DNA from: an uncultured Acidobacteriota bacterium
GTDB taxonomy: Bacteria > Acidobacteriota > Terriglobia > Acidiferrales > UBA7541
Assembly: GCA_963769415.1 (NCBI GenBank)
Contig: CAVYLM010000002.1
Location: 33,625 to 97,624 of the forward strand
Length of the DNA stretch: 64,000 bases
Reading direction: 5' to 3'
Of this stretch, positions 19,741 through 28,217 are shown in pieces. Numbering within the stretch: the stretch's first letter is position 1; each line of letters starts with the position of its first letter. A model generated the notes under the pieces. The model was not told where the DNA came from. It searched no databases and saw only the letters and a program-made list of their open reading frames with translations. Made by a program: the position numbers and the translations under genes.

Positions 19741-21351
19741 CTAAGGCCGGCGTCCGCGCTCGCCCTTCTCGAAACCGTCCCACTCGCCAAAGGCCTTCAG
19801 CGACTTCTCGAGCCCCGAATCCTTGAGCAGCTGCTCGACTTCCGCGCGCGTCTGCCGGTGCCCGATGCGCGCGGGCGCGTCGGCGAGCGCGTATGCGGTC
19901 ACCGCGGCAATCGCCTCGTTGCGTTTCAGCTCGGCGAAGTCCACTTTGTCGAACGTGTCCGACGCGGCGTGGTAGTTCAGCATGTAGTTCGCCGGTTCCT
20001 GATTGGCCACCAGCGACGGCACGCCTTCGAGCAGGAAATCCAGATCGTCCGTGTCGCCTTCGGCGTCGAACGTGTACTCCATCGGCCCGATCGCTTTCAG
20101 CGGATCGAGCGCCTCGCGCGCCGGCGCCAGCAGATCCTTCCGCCCGTCGAGCGAGTAACCCGTCACCCGCCCCACGCCGGAGTCGAGAATCACCGCCGCG
20201 ATCATGCGGTCGAGTTCCGCGCGATGCGCGTGCGCGTAGGCCTCTGACCCAAGCTCGCCCTGCTCCTCTCCCGTGAACAGCACGAATCGAATCGAACGCC
20301 GCGGCAAATTTCCCGACGCGTGAATCACGCGCGCCGCATCGATCACCAGCGCCGCGTTGCATCCATTATCCAGCGCGCCCGTGCCCAGGTCCCACGAATC
20401 CAGATGCGCGCCCAGCAGCACGAACTCGTCCGGCTTCTCGCGCCCGCGAATTTCGCCGACCACGTTCTCCGATTCCACCGGCCCGGTCACGCGATTGGGC
20501 ATTTCGAAATGCACGCGCACTTTCTGCCCGGCCGCCAGGAAGCGCGCCATGCGCTCGGCGTCTTCGCGCGCCACGATTGCCTGCGCCAGCGCCTCGATGC
20601 GGCCGTCCAAAGCGGTGGTGTGCCGGTAAAGCAGCAGGTTCGGCCGCGTGGACATCCAGAAAATCGCCGCCGCCCCGGCCTTGCGCGCCCGCTCGATGAT
20701 TCCCGGATGCACCTCGTATTCGCGGTCGAGGTCCTCGTAGGTGACCAGCGGCGTGGAATGCACCAGCACGATCGCGCCCTTCGTGGCCGCGCCGGCCTTC
20801 GCGAACCCGGCTTCGTCGCCCGCCTGCACATCCACCACGTCCGCCGTGATTCCACCCTCCGGCGTCGGCGGCGACCACCCTCCCGACACGACCCTCACCG
20901 GAAACGCCGCCGGTGCGAGGACGTCTACGCGCGTCCGGCCCTCGCTCCACCCCGCCGCCACCGTGAACTTCTCGGTGTGAACCGAATCCACGCCCGCCTT
21001 GCGCAACGCCTCGACCGCCCAGCTGACCGCCCGCGCCGCCGCAGGAGAACCCGTGACCCGGCCCCCGATCCCATCCGTCAGGGCGCGCAGGTTCTCTTCC
21101 AGCGGCGAGGGCCCTTCGGCGCTCTTGATCATCATCGGAGCGAGGTCCGCGCAGGATTTCTCCACCGAGCACGCGCCCGTTCCCTGCGGCACCTGCCCGA
21201 AACCCTGCGGCGGACTGATCGGATTGCCCTGCCCTAAGGTCACTGGCACCATTAGCGCTACGCCCGCGGCAATCCGCAGCCCAAATCGGCCCGACTTTTG
21301 TGCCCAAAGCTGCAATCGCGCATCAATTTGTTTTGGAAATTTGCCGGTCAT
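19741..21351 (-). CDS. M28-family aminopeptidase with PA domain
   Basis: 536 aa with a signal peptide. Zn-ligand regions VLLGAHLDSWDLGTGALDNG and FVLFTGEEQGELGS. ...NYHAASDTFDKV. Confidence 0.88.
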   Translation of the reverse strand: MTGKFPKQIDARLQLWAQKSGRFGLRIAAGVALMVPVTLGQGNPISPPQGFGQVPQGTGACSVEKSCADLAPMMIKSAEGPSPLEENLRALTDGIGGRVTGSPAAARAVSWAVEALRKAGVDSVHTEKFTVAAGWSEGRTRVDVLAPAAFPVRVVSGGWSPPTPEGGITADVVDVQAGDEAGFAKAGAATKGAIVLVHSTPLVTYEDLDREYEVHPGIIERARKAGAAAIFWMSTRPNLLLYRHTTALDGRIEALAQAIVAREDAERMARFLAAGQKVRVHFEMPNRVTGPVESENVVGEIRGREKPDEFVLLGAHLDSWDLGTGALDNGCNAALVIDAARVIHASGNLPRRSIRFVLFTGEEQGELGSEAYAHAHRAELDRMIAAVILDSGVGRVTGYSLDGRKDLLAPAREALDPLKAIGPMEYTFDAEGDTDDLDFLLEGVPSLVANQEPANYMLNYHAASDTFDKVDFAELKRNEAIAAVTAYALADAPARIGHRQTRAEVEQLLKDSGLEKSLKAFGEWDGFEKGERGRRP

Positions 21352-21774
21352 CGGCGCTCCGAACGCTTTTTCGTTCGGAGATTATATCGAGATCCAACCG
21401 AAGCGTCACATTTGAGTCATCGCGGCACAACACGAGCGCGAAAAAATGCGGCCGCCATTCGAACTTCGCGAAAAAAATGCAGGGGCGCGGAAGTTTCTAC
21501 CTACAATACAGCAATCGCTGTAGCCTTTCGTTCCCGGATGTGGTTCAATCGGCGCGTCTTATATTGAGACACCCGAATGGCAGTCGATCTGCCATTCCCT
21601 TTCCGTTCGGGAGCGCCTTCCACACGGTGCAAATCCCGCGAACGGGTGACTGATCTTCCTTGCGCGGGGAAGATCGGGTAAAAAAACCAGTTCGGCCCAA
21701 CAGCTTCGCATCGCCAAATGCAGTCAAATCGAGTTCTTTGTCCAGTACAGCCCTGGGCGAGGGAGAGGCCAATA

Positions 21775-22410
21775 GTGAAGAAACTGCGATCGTTTCCCAA
21801 GCTGGTACCGCAGAACAAGAAACAGGAGACGAACCCACCCAACGTCTTCGTATTTTGCGAAAAATCCACCGGCGCCGCGCGCTTCCATGCAGAAACGAAT
21901 TCCGACCCGGACTACATCATCGAACGCATGGCCGGCTTGCTGGCCGTGCAGTGCCTGGTCCGCGGGTCGGACCCGGGCGATTTCGCGATTCTGATCCCGG
22001 CCGCCTCGTCGCTGGGCGATCGCCTCGTGTCCCGCGCCAAGGAGTTGCTGGAGCAGGGCCGCGAAGCCGCCACTCCCGCCAGTCTCAGCCCCCGGCAGAA
22101 GGAAATCCTGCAGTCGGTGATGTGCAACCGCGCCAACAAGGAGATTGCCTCGCAGCTCAACATCACCGTGCGAACCGTGAAGTTCCACATCTCGCAGCTG
22201 CTCAGCAAATTCGGCGCGGAAAACCGCGCGGAACTGGCGCGGCGTGCCGCGACGCTCTTCCGCCCCGGAATCTCCGAGCCCGAATACGTCAATCTCGATC
22301 GCCGGTCCGATCGCATCCGGCCCTCGGAATTCGGGCCCATCGCCGTCGGCGGTCTTCATGTCGCAAACAAGCGCCACACGCGCTTCCCGGAGCGGGTCCT
22401 GACTGCATAG
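21775..22410 (+). CDS. LuxR-family transcriptional regulator (C-terminal GerE HTH)
   Basis: LSPRQKEILQSVMCNRANKEIASQLNITVRTVKFHISQLLSKFG. A GTG at 21775 follows GGGAGAGG at good spacing. The track ORF starts at 21718. Confidence 0.75.
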   Translation: MKKLRSFPKLVPQNKKQETNPPNVFVFCEKSTGAARFHAETNSDPDYIIERMAGLLAVQCLVRGSDPGDFAILIPAASSLGDRLVSRAKELLEQGREAATPASLSPRQKEILQSVMCNRANKEIASQLNITVRTVKFHISQLLSKFGAENRAELARRAATLFRPGISEPEYVNLDRRSDRIRPSEFGPIAVGGLHVANKRHTRFPERVLTA

Positions 22411-22504
22411 GACTCGCTCGCAACAGTGGAAGCGCGGGGTTTTAACCCCGCGAAAAGTCTTCCGCTTCCTCAGGGTTTTAACCCTGGTTCCTGAAATCCA
22501 GCTC

Positions 22505-22631
22505 CTAGCAGTTTGCGGAAAAAGGGCGCTTTTTAGGGGGTCGGAGCTTCAGCTCCGACACAAAGGGCTTGCACTCAATGCGCTTCAGCGCCTGAGGACA
22601 CTCTTCACTGCCTTTTTCCGCAGCCTGCTAG
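22505..22631 (+). mobile_element. 126-bp MITE-like element, copy 1
   Basis: Begins CTAGCAGTTTGCGGAAAAAGG and ends CCTTTTTCCGCAGCCTGCTAG, giving ~21-bp terminal inverted repeats with 2 mismatches. Has an internal perfect hairpin GTCGGAGC-TTCA-GCTCCGAC. Near-identical to 34307-34432 in the opposite orientation. Confidence 0.75.
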
Positions 22632-23191
22632 CGGTCCATCTTCATGCCGGGAGGCATTTTCGTCGGCGCGGGAGCCGGTGTGTTTCCCGGCTGCGCGCCG
22701 AAGACTTTCTGGGCGGCGGGCGGCAGCTTTTCGACGTTCGCAAGGAACGACGCGATCTCCCAGATTTGCGTGTCCGATAGGGTCTTGTTCCACGCCGGCA
22801 TTCCGGTCCAGCGGATGCCGTGCTGGACGACGTAGAAATTCATGTTTTCGGACATGTCCGGCGCGTCCTTGAAAAATTCCGGCACCGGCGGGTAGAACGA
22901 CCGCGCGAACTGGCCGTCGGGATTCGACGGCACGCCGTGGCAGCCGGCGCAATGATCGAGATAAAGTTTCGCGCCCGCGGCGATATTTTCTTCCGTCGGC
23001 GCGACCGGATTCGGCCCCTGAGGGGCGCGGCGGACCATCCCAGCTTCTACCGCGGCCATGGCGATCTTTTCTTCGGCGGCCGACGGCTTCTGGTCCGCCG
23101 CGAAATCGACGTAGCCCTGTTTCAGGCACCACCAGCCGCCCGCGACGAGCACGATCAGCGTAAAGAGAATTCCGAGAACGAAGCCGCGCAT
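22628..23191 (-). CDS. Membrane-anchored c-type cytochrome
   Basis: 187 aa. N-terminal TM helix, a single haem motif CAGCHG, and a distal Met in WTGMPAW. Confidence 0.85.
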   Translation of the reverse strand: MRGFVLGILFTLIVLVAGGWWCLKQGYVDFAADQKPSAAEEKIAMAAVEAGMVRRAPQGPNPVAPTEENIAAGAKLYLDHCAGCHGVPSNPDGQFARSFYPPVPEFFKDAPDMSENMNFYVVQHGIRWTGMPAWNKTLSDTQIWEIASFLANVEKLPPAAQKVFGAQPGNTPAPAPTKMPPGMKMDR

Positions 23192-23316
23192 CGTTTAAAT
23201 CCTCCAGCCAGCTTCGAATGGCGGCCGAAAAGCCGAAAATGCTGTCATTCCGAGCCCGCCGCGGCGGGCGAGGAATCTGCTTTGTTCTTTTTCGACCTTG
23301 GATGAATCCATCAGCG

Positions 23317-24132
23317 TTATTTCCATTTCAGTTTTTTCACGTCCACGGTGGGCTTCGGGAATTTCATGTCAAACGATTCCATCGTCTCGGCGATGATGTG
23401 CGACACGGCGAGATTGCGGAACCATTTCTTGTTCGACGGGATGATAAACCACGGCGCGTGCTGCGTGCTGCAGTTCGTCAGCACCGCTTCGTAAGCTTCG
23501 ACGTAGTCGTCCCAGAATTTCCGCTCGTCGAAATCGGATTCGGAAATCTTCCAGCGGCGGTCGGGGTCGTCGATGCGCTGCTGGAAACGCTTTTTCTGCT
23601 CTTCCTTGCTGATGTGCAGGAAGAATTTCAGGATTCTGACGTTGTTGTCGTGCAGCAGCTCCTCGAATTCGTTGATCTGGTCGTAGCGCTTCGACCACAC
23701 CTCTTTCGGCACGTAGTCGTGCACGCGCACGACCAGGACGTCTTCATAGACCGAGCGATTGAAGATGCCGATGTTGCCGTATTCGGGCACGGCCTTGTGG
23801 ACGCGCCAGAGATAGTCGTGCGAGGCTTCGTCCGCCGACGGCTTCTTGAACGAGACGACGGTGCAGCCCTGCGGATTCACGCCGGACATCACGTGGCGGA
23901 TGGTGCCGTCCTTTCCGGCCGCGTCGAGCCCTTGCAACATGATCAGCAGCGTGCGCTTGTGCTCGGCGTACAGAAGGTATTGGAGGTCGTCGAGCCGCTC
24001 GATGGCTTTGTCGAGGCTCTGCTTCATCTTGCGGTCTTTGTCCCAGCCGAGCGTGTCCTCGGGATCCCAGTCCGAGAGCTTCACCTTCTCCCCCGGCTTG
24101 ACAATCAATTCGTCGCGAAAGTTCGTCGCCAT
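23317..24132 (-). CDS. ppk2: Polyphosphate kinase 2 family (polyP:nucleotide phosphotransferase)
   Basis: 271 aa. LIMLQGLDAAGKDGTI (Walker A), DYLWRVHKAVPEYGNIGIFNRSVYEDV, KFFLHISKEEQKKRF, APWFIIPSNKKW. Confidence 0.9.
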   Translation of the reverse strand: MATNFRDELIVKPGEKVKLSDWDPEDTLGWDKDRKMKQSLDKAIERLDDLQYLLYAEHKRTLLIMLQGLDAAGKDGTIRHVMSGVNPQGCTVVSFKKPSADEASHDYLWRVHKAVPEYGNIGIFNRSVYEDVLVVRVHDYVPKEVWSKRYDQINEFEELLHDNNVRILKFFLHISKEEQKKRFQQRIDDPDRRWKISESDFDERKFWDDYVEAYEAVLTNCSTQHAPWFIIPSNKKWFRNLAVSHIIAETMESFDMKFPKPTVDVKKLKWK

Positions 24133-24625
24133 TTAGCTTTTGTCGGCTCCTTAGTGGCCTTGGAGACCCCCCGATTTATTGTCGATTAGAATGTACACCG
24201 ATTCTTTGTTTTCTGTGGGTTACGGCGATTTCTATTCGGCGCGATTGTCGATTAGAAATGCCACAAGAACGATGACTACTACGAACGCAGTTGGACGCGC
24301 GATGAGGCGCAGAAATAAGTCGCCAGCGGAGGCAGGGAAGCTGCGGCGTCCGCGTCGATGTTGCCTCTACTGTCGTCAAAGTTCGCATAGCGATCTTCAT
24401 CATCCACGCTGCCACACGGATTGGCGTGCCGCAAGGGTGTAGTGGGAGTAAAACGGACAGGGGACTAGAACTGGCCGAATGGGCTAGAACCACGCGGGTG
24501 AATCGCGATTAGGAGTCGAACGGTGATGTCAGAATGCGCGACTGATGATACGACTAGTCGGGGCTTAGCGAACAGAGATGCAAATGCCAGGCGCTTCGGT
24601 GCGCCGCTCTCAATCTGGTGGCGCA

Positions 24626-24778
24626 TCAACGCAGCACGCCGAGAAGGTACAAGATCAGCGCGATGAGCAGGATCGTCCCGACTACCCCTAAGCCCCCGCG
24701 TGCTCCCCATCTGGAATACCCGAAATAGCCGCCGCCTCCGCCGAACAACAACAGCAGAACAATAATTAGCAACAGCAT
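24626..24778 (-). CDS. DUF3309-like small membrane protein (50 aa), not in the ORF track
   Basis: My own translation: MLLLIIVLLLLFGGGGGYFGYSRWGARGGLGVVGTILLIALILYLLGVLR*. Its paralogue is at 26573-26722. Confidence 0.7.
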   Translation of the reverse strand: MLLLIIVLLLLFGGGGGYFGYSRWGARGGLGVVGTILLIALILYLLGVLR

Positions 24779-24891
24779 TGAACGTCTCCTCTCAATTCTA
24801 GGACCGCGTTCTCAAGCGAGCTTCGCTCAAACCGACACTGGCCGAACTTTCGGTGCCGGCCAGTGTCGATGGTGCCGCTCTCGATGAACCG

Positions 24892-26427
24892 CTAGTTCAC
24901 GTAGACGGCGATTGCGATGCGATCCCGGGGATACCTGCGGTTGTAGAGATAATAGCCATCCCCGGAGTAGTCGATATACACGTCGTCGTTTTGGTACCAG
25001 CTGGCTGACCAATATTGCGGCCACGGGTCAACGACACTGAACCAAAAGCCACCGTACTGGAAGCGGGGATACCCTCCGACAATCACCAAAGGAAGGCTGT
25101 AAACGCGGAACCGGTGATCCCGACCAAAGTAGCCCCGGTAGCGGTCGTCAGGAATACGGTAACCGTTGTAGCCGCCGCGTTGCTGCCAGGTGCGGTGCTC
25201 GGCCCGCCAGTTACGTGCGCGATGCCGCCGCCACACGCCCGGCCGGTCACCCAGCTGCACGAAGTTCAAGAAGACGCTGATGGCGATTCGGTCCTGGGGA
25301 TACCGACGGTTGTACATGTAATAGCCATCCCCGGAGTAGTCGACATATACGTCGTCGTTTTCATACCAGTCGTTTGACCAGGTTTCCGGCCACGGATCAA
25401 CGACACTGAAATAGCAGCCGCCGTACTGGAAGCCGGGATACCCGCCACTTACGACCACGGGGTTCTGGTAGATGCGGAATGAGTGATCCGGACCGAAGTT
25501 GCCGCGAAAACGGTCCTCGGGAATCCTATCAGCAGTGTAGCCGCCGCGTTGTTGCCAGTCGCGGTGCTCGGACTGCCAGTTCTGTGCACGCTGCTGCTGC
25601 CAGGCGGATCGCTGTTGCTGGGCTCGCTGCTGTTGTTGCCTGGTCAAGGCTTGCTGCTGCCGCTGCTGTTCTTGCTGACCTCTGGCTTGCTGCTGCTGTT
25701 GTTGTCGCTGCTGCTCCTGCTGACCCTTGGCCTGCTGCTGCTTCTGCTGGTCCTGTTGTCGCTGCTGTTCCTGCTGACCCTTGGCCTGCTGCTGCTTCTG
25801 CTGGTCCTGTTGCCGCTGCTGTTCCTGCTGACCCTTGGCTTGTTGCTGCTTCTGCTGATCCTGTTGCCGCTGCTGCTCCTGCTGGCCTCTGGCCTGCTGC
25901 TGCTTCTGCTGGTCCTGTTGTCGCTGCTGTTCCTGCTGACCCTTGGCTTGTTGCTGCTTCTGCTGATCCTGTTGCCGCTGCTGCTCCTGCTGGCCTCTGG
26001 CCTGTTGCTGCTTCTGCTGATCCTGTTGCCGCTGCTGTTCCTGCTGACCTTTGGCCTGCTGCTGCTTCTGCTGATCCTGTTGCCGCTGCTGCTCTTGCTG
26101 ACCTTTGGCCTGTTGCTGTTTCTGCTGGTCCTGTTGCCGCTGCTGCTCCTGCTGACCCTTGGCCTGCTGCTGCTTCTGCTGGTCCTGCTGCCGCTGTTGT
26201 TCCTGCTGGCCCTTGGCCTGTTGCTGTTGCTGGCCCGCAGGCTGCTGCTTTTCGGGCTTGGCCTGCTGTTTGTTCTGGCCCTGTTGCTGCTGTTTGTCCT
26301 TGTCCTGCTGCTTGTTCTGGTCTTGTTGCTGCTTATCTGCTTCCTGTTGCTTTGAGTAGACAGGAGCAGTGATCCCGAGAAGCAAGAGCAGAACTCCTGT
26401 GCCGACAAATCTGATTCGTTTCATCAC
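24892..26427 (-). CDS. Secreted Gln-rich repeat protein with two copies of an unassigned C-terminal domain
   Basis: 511 aa. Signal peptide MMKRIRFVGTGVLLLLLGITAPVYS. About 10 units of QQQA(K/R)GQQEQQRQQDQQK. Then two ~105-aa domains (WQQRGGY..RIP.DR.RG.FG.DH.FR.Y..P.V..GGYP.FQYGG..FS.VDPWP..WS..WY.NDDVY.DYSGDGYY.YNRRYP.DRIAI). Confidence 0.8.
   Translation of the reverse strand: MMKRIRFVGTGVLLLLLGITAPVYSKQQEADKQQQDQNKQQDKDKQQQQGQNKQQAKPEKQQPAGQQQQQAKGQQEQQRQQDQQKQQQAKGQQEQQRQQDQQKQQQAKGQQEQQRQQDQQKQQQAKGQQEQQRQQDQQKQQQARGQQEQQRQQDQQKQQQAKGQQEQQRQQDQQKQQQARGQQEQQRQQDQQKQQQAKGQQEQQRQQDQQKQQQAKGQQEQQRQQDQQKQQQAKGQQEQQRQQQQQQARGQQEQQRQQQALTRQQQQRAQQQRSAWQQQRAQNWQSEHRDWQQRGGYTADRIPEDRFRGNFGPDHSFRIYQNPVVVSGGYPGFQYGGCYFSVVDPWPETWSNDWYENDDVYVDYSGDGYYMYNRRYPQDRIAISVFLNFVQLGDRPGVWRRHRARNWRAEHRTWQQRGGYNGYRIPDDRYRGYFGRDHRFRVYSLPLVIVGGYPRFQYGGFWFSVVDPWPQYWSASWYQNDDVYIDYSGDGYYLYNRRYPRDRIAIAVYVN
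25670..26230. repeat. In-frame 54-bp tandem repeat (~10 units) inside the Gln-rich gene
   Basis: Unit cttctgctggtcctgttgtcgctgctgttcctgctgacccttggcctgctgctg recurs with period 54 (for example 25741 and 25795). It encodes the 18-aa QQQAKGQQEQQRQQDQQK unit on the minus strand. Boundaries are approximate. Confidence 0.85.
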
Positions 26428-26572
26428 TGCACCCCCGTCAGAACGTGCTTTGTCTTTGGTACCTTGCTTTAAACTTTAAAGATGTCTCGCTCAGCTCGAT
26501 CTGCGAGTCCACTCTGAGAGCCTTCGACCGTCGGTGCGCTTGCAAACACCTCCCCGATCGATCCTGAGAAAG

Positions 26573-26722
26573 TCAGCGCAATGCGCCGACCAGGTACAAG
26601 ACCAGAGCGATGACCAGGACCGTGCCGACGATCCCCAGCCCCCCGCGTGCTCCCCATCTGGAATACCCGAAATAGCCGCCTCCGCCGAACAGCAACAGCA
26701 GAATAATGATTAGAAGTAGCAT
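26573..26722 (-). CDS. DUF3309-like small membrane protein (49 aa), not in the ORF track
   Basis: My own translation: MLLLIIILLLLFGGGGYFGYSRWGARGGLGIVGTVLVIALVLYLVGALR*. Confidence 0.7.
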   Translation of the reverse strand: MLLLIIILLLLFGGGGYFGYSRWGARGGLGIVGTVLVIALVLYLVGALR

Positions 26723-26794
26723 CGAAATTCTCCTTTCAGCCGGTAACTGCCCCCTTCGCGAGCTTGATTCGAATACATCACATTCGACGAAGCG

Positions 26795-27616
26795 CTAGTT
26801 CAGGTAAACCTCGACTGCGATTCGATCTCCGGGATAGCGGCGGTTGTACAGGTAATAGCCGTCGCCGGAATAGTCGACGTACACATCGTCGTTGTCGTAC
26901 CAGTCGTCTGACCAGTATTCCGGCCACGGGTCAACGATGCTGAACCAAAAGCCGCCGTACTGGAAACGGGGATACCCGCCAATCACGACGACGGGGTAGC
27001 TATAGATGCGGAACCAGTGGTCGCGACCAAAGTGCGCACGATAGCGGTCGTCCGGGATGCGGTAGCCATGGTAGCCGCCGCGTTGTTGCCAATCGCGGTG
27101 CTCGGACTTCCAGTCACGCGCGCGGTGCCCCTGCCAGGCCGCCTGCTGTTCGGCCGGATGCCCGTGTTGCTGTGAAGGCCGATTGGCCTGCTGCTGATGT
27201 TGCTGTTGCTGCTGCCGGTTCTGGCTTTGCTGCTGTTGCTGGGCGTGCTGTTGTTTCTGCTGCTGATCCTGCCGGCTCTTGGCCTGCTGTTGCTGGTGCT
27301 GAGTGTCTGACCTGGCCTGCTGCTGTTGCTGCGCGTGCTGCTGTTTCTGCTGCTGGTCCTGCTGGCTCTTGGCCTGCTGTTGCTGGTGCTGCTGATTGTC
27401 TGACTTGGCTTGCTGCTGATGCTGGGCCTGTTGTTGCTGCCCGTGCTGCTGCTGTTGCTGTCCGTGCTGTTGCTGCTGCTTTTCAGGCTTAGCCTGCTGC
27501 TCCTGTTTCTGGGGCTTTGAGTCTTGTTGGTGTTGATCCTGCTGTGCATACATGGGAGCGACGGCTCCGAGAAGAAGGAGCAGAACTCCGGTGCTGATAA
27601 AACTAGCCGGTTTCAT
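26795..27616 (-). CDS. Secreted Gln/His-rich protein with one copy of the same unassigned C-terminal domain
   Basis: 273 aa. Signal peptide MKPASFISTGVLLLLLGAVAPMYA. Low-complexity Q/H/K region. C-terminal WQQRGGYHGYRIPDDRYRAHFGRDHWFRIYSYPVVVIGGYPRFQYGGFWFSIVDPWPEYWSDDWYDNDDVYVDYSGDGYYLYNRRYPGDRIAVEVYLN. Confidence 0.8.
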   Translation of the reverse strand: MKPASFISTGVLLLLLGAVAPMYAQQDQHQQDSKPQKQEQQAKPEKQQQQHGQQQQQHGQQQQAQHQQQAKSDNQQHQQQQAKSQQDQQQKQQHAQQQQQARSDTQHQQQQAKSRQDQQQKQQHAQQQQQSQNRQQQQQHQQQANRPSQQHGHPAEQQAAWQGHRARDWKSEHRDWQQRGGYHGYRIPDDRYRAHFGRDHWFRIYSYPVVVIGGYPRFQYGGFWFSIVDPWPEYWSDDWYDNDDVYVDYSGDGYYLYNRRYPGDRIAVEVYLN

Positions 27617-27722
27617 ATTTGTTGCCTCCGCTACGATGATTCGTGCGCCCTATGCTTGTTGCGCCGGGCGCCTTGATTTCGTGAGCCACAGATGTTTCCT
27701 AAATTCCGTTCATTCATTGCGG

Positions 27723-27947
27723 CTAGGATTTGCCCTTCGCCCCCACGACCAACAGGACAATCCCTCCAACCACTGCCAGTCCTCCAAGTATCGGAGGCAG
27801 GGGAATGCGCTCGTGAGTTTCCGTGGTCACCTGCAGCGAACCCAGATCGACGACTTGTTTCTGGCGCGTGTAGTTGATGCCTTGATAGGCGAGAGCGAGC
27901 GCGCCCAGAACGATTAGCAAGATTCCAGCCCAGCTGATCGGTTTCAT
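27723..27947 (-). CDS. Small two-TM membrane protein (DUF3185-like by motif memory)
   Basis: 74 aa. MKPISWAGILLIVLGALALAYQG...IPLPPILGGLAVVGGIVLLVVG. Confidence 0.65.
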   Translation of the reverse strand: MKPISWAGILLIVLGALALAYQGINYTRQKQVVDLGSLQVTTETHERIPLPPILGGLAVVGGIVLLVVGAKGKS

Positions 27948-27959
27948 GTTTGTGTCACC

Positions 27960-28151
27960 TCAACTTCCGATGTGGATTCTCGAGAGACTGTGAAACAGCC
28001 CGAACACATTCAAAAGCCACAGCACGACAGCGATCACCACAACGGCATTCAAGATGGACTTGATCGTTCCCTGCATCGGTATGAAACGGTTGACCAGCCA
28101 AAGCAGGAGACCCACGACCACCAGAACAATCAGTATTTGCATGAGAGGCAT
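27960..28151 (-). CDS. Small two-TM membrane protein
   Basis: 63 aa. ILIVLVVVGLLLWLVNRFIPMQGTIKSILNAVVVIAVVLWLLNVFG. This pattern is common in stress-island small proteins. Confidence 0.6.
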   Translation of the reverse strand: MPLMQILIVLVVVGLLLWLVNRFIPMQGTIKSILNAVVVIAVVLWLLNVFGLFHSLSRIHIGS

Positions 28152-28217
28152 TTGCCTATCTCCTTCCCTTCGCGGGCAGACCCGTCCGTCCTGCTCCGCA
28201 GCGATGCGATACCGGGC

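Noticed and set aside
21352-21774. Possible gene or RNA in the 0.4-kb spacer upstream of the LuxR gene (track ORFs 21300-21653 and 21501-21869).
   Set aside because: There is no motif, no RBS and no coding-like codon bias. I could not match a recognisable RNA family by eye, so it is left unannotated.
25670-26230. A regular repeat array that might be a CRISPR.
   Set aside because: The units are contiguous with no unique spacers, the period is 54 bp, and they are in frame inside a coding gene. No cas genes are present.
25483-26372. Leu-rich and Ala-rich ~290-aa ORFs on the plus strand, and a Ser/Arg-rich ORF on the minus strand, over the repeat array.
   Set aside because: These are mirror or off-frame translations of the CAG/CTG-rich 54-bp repeat. 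Only the Gln-rich minus-strand frame has a signal peptide and a conserved C-terminal domain.
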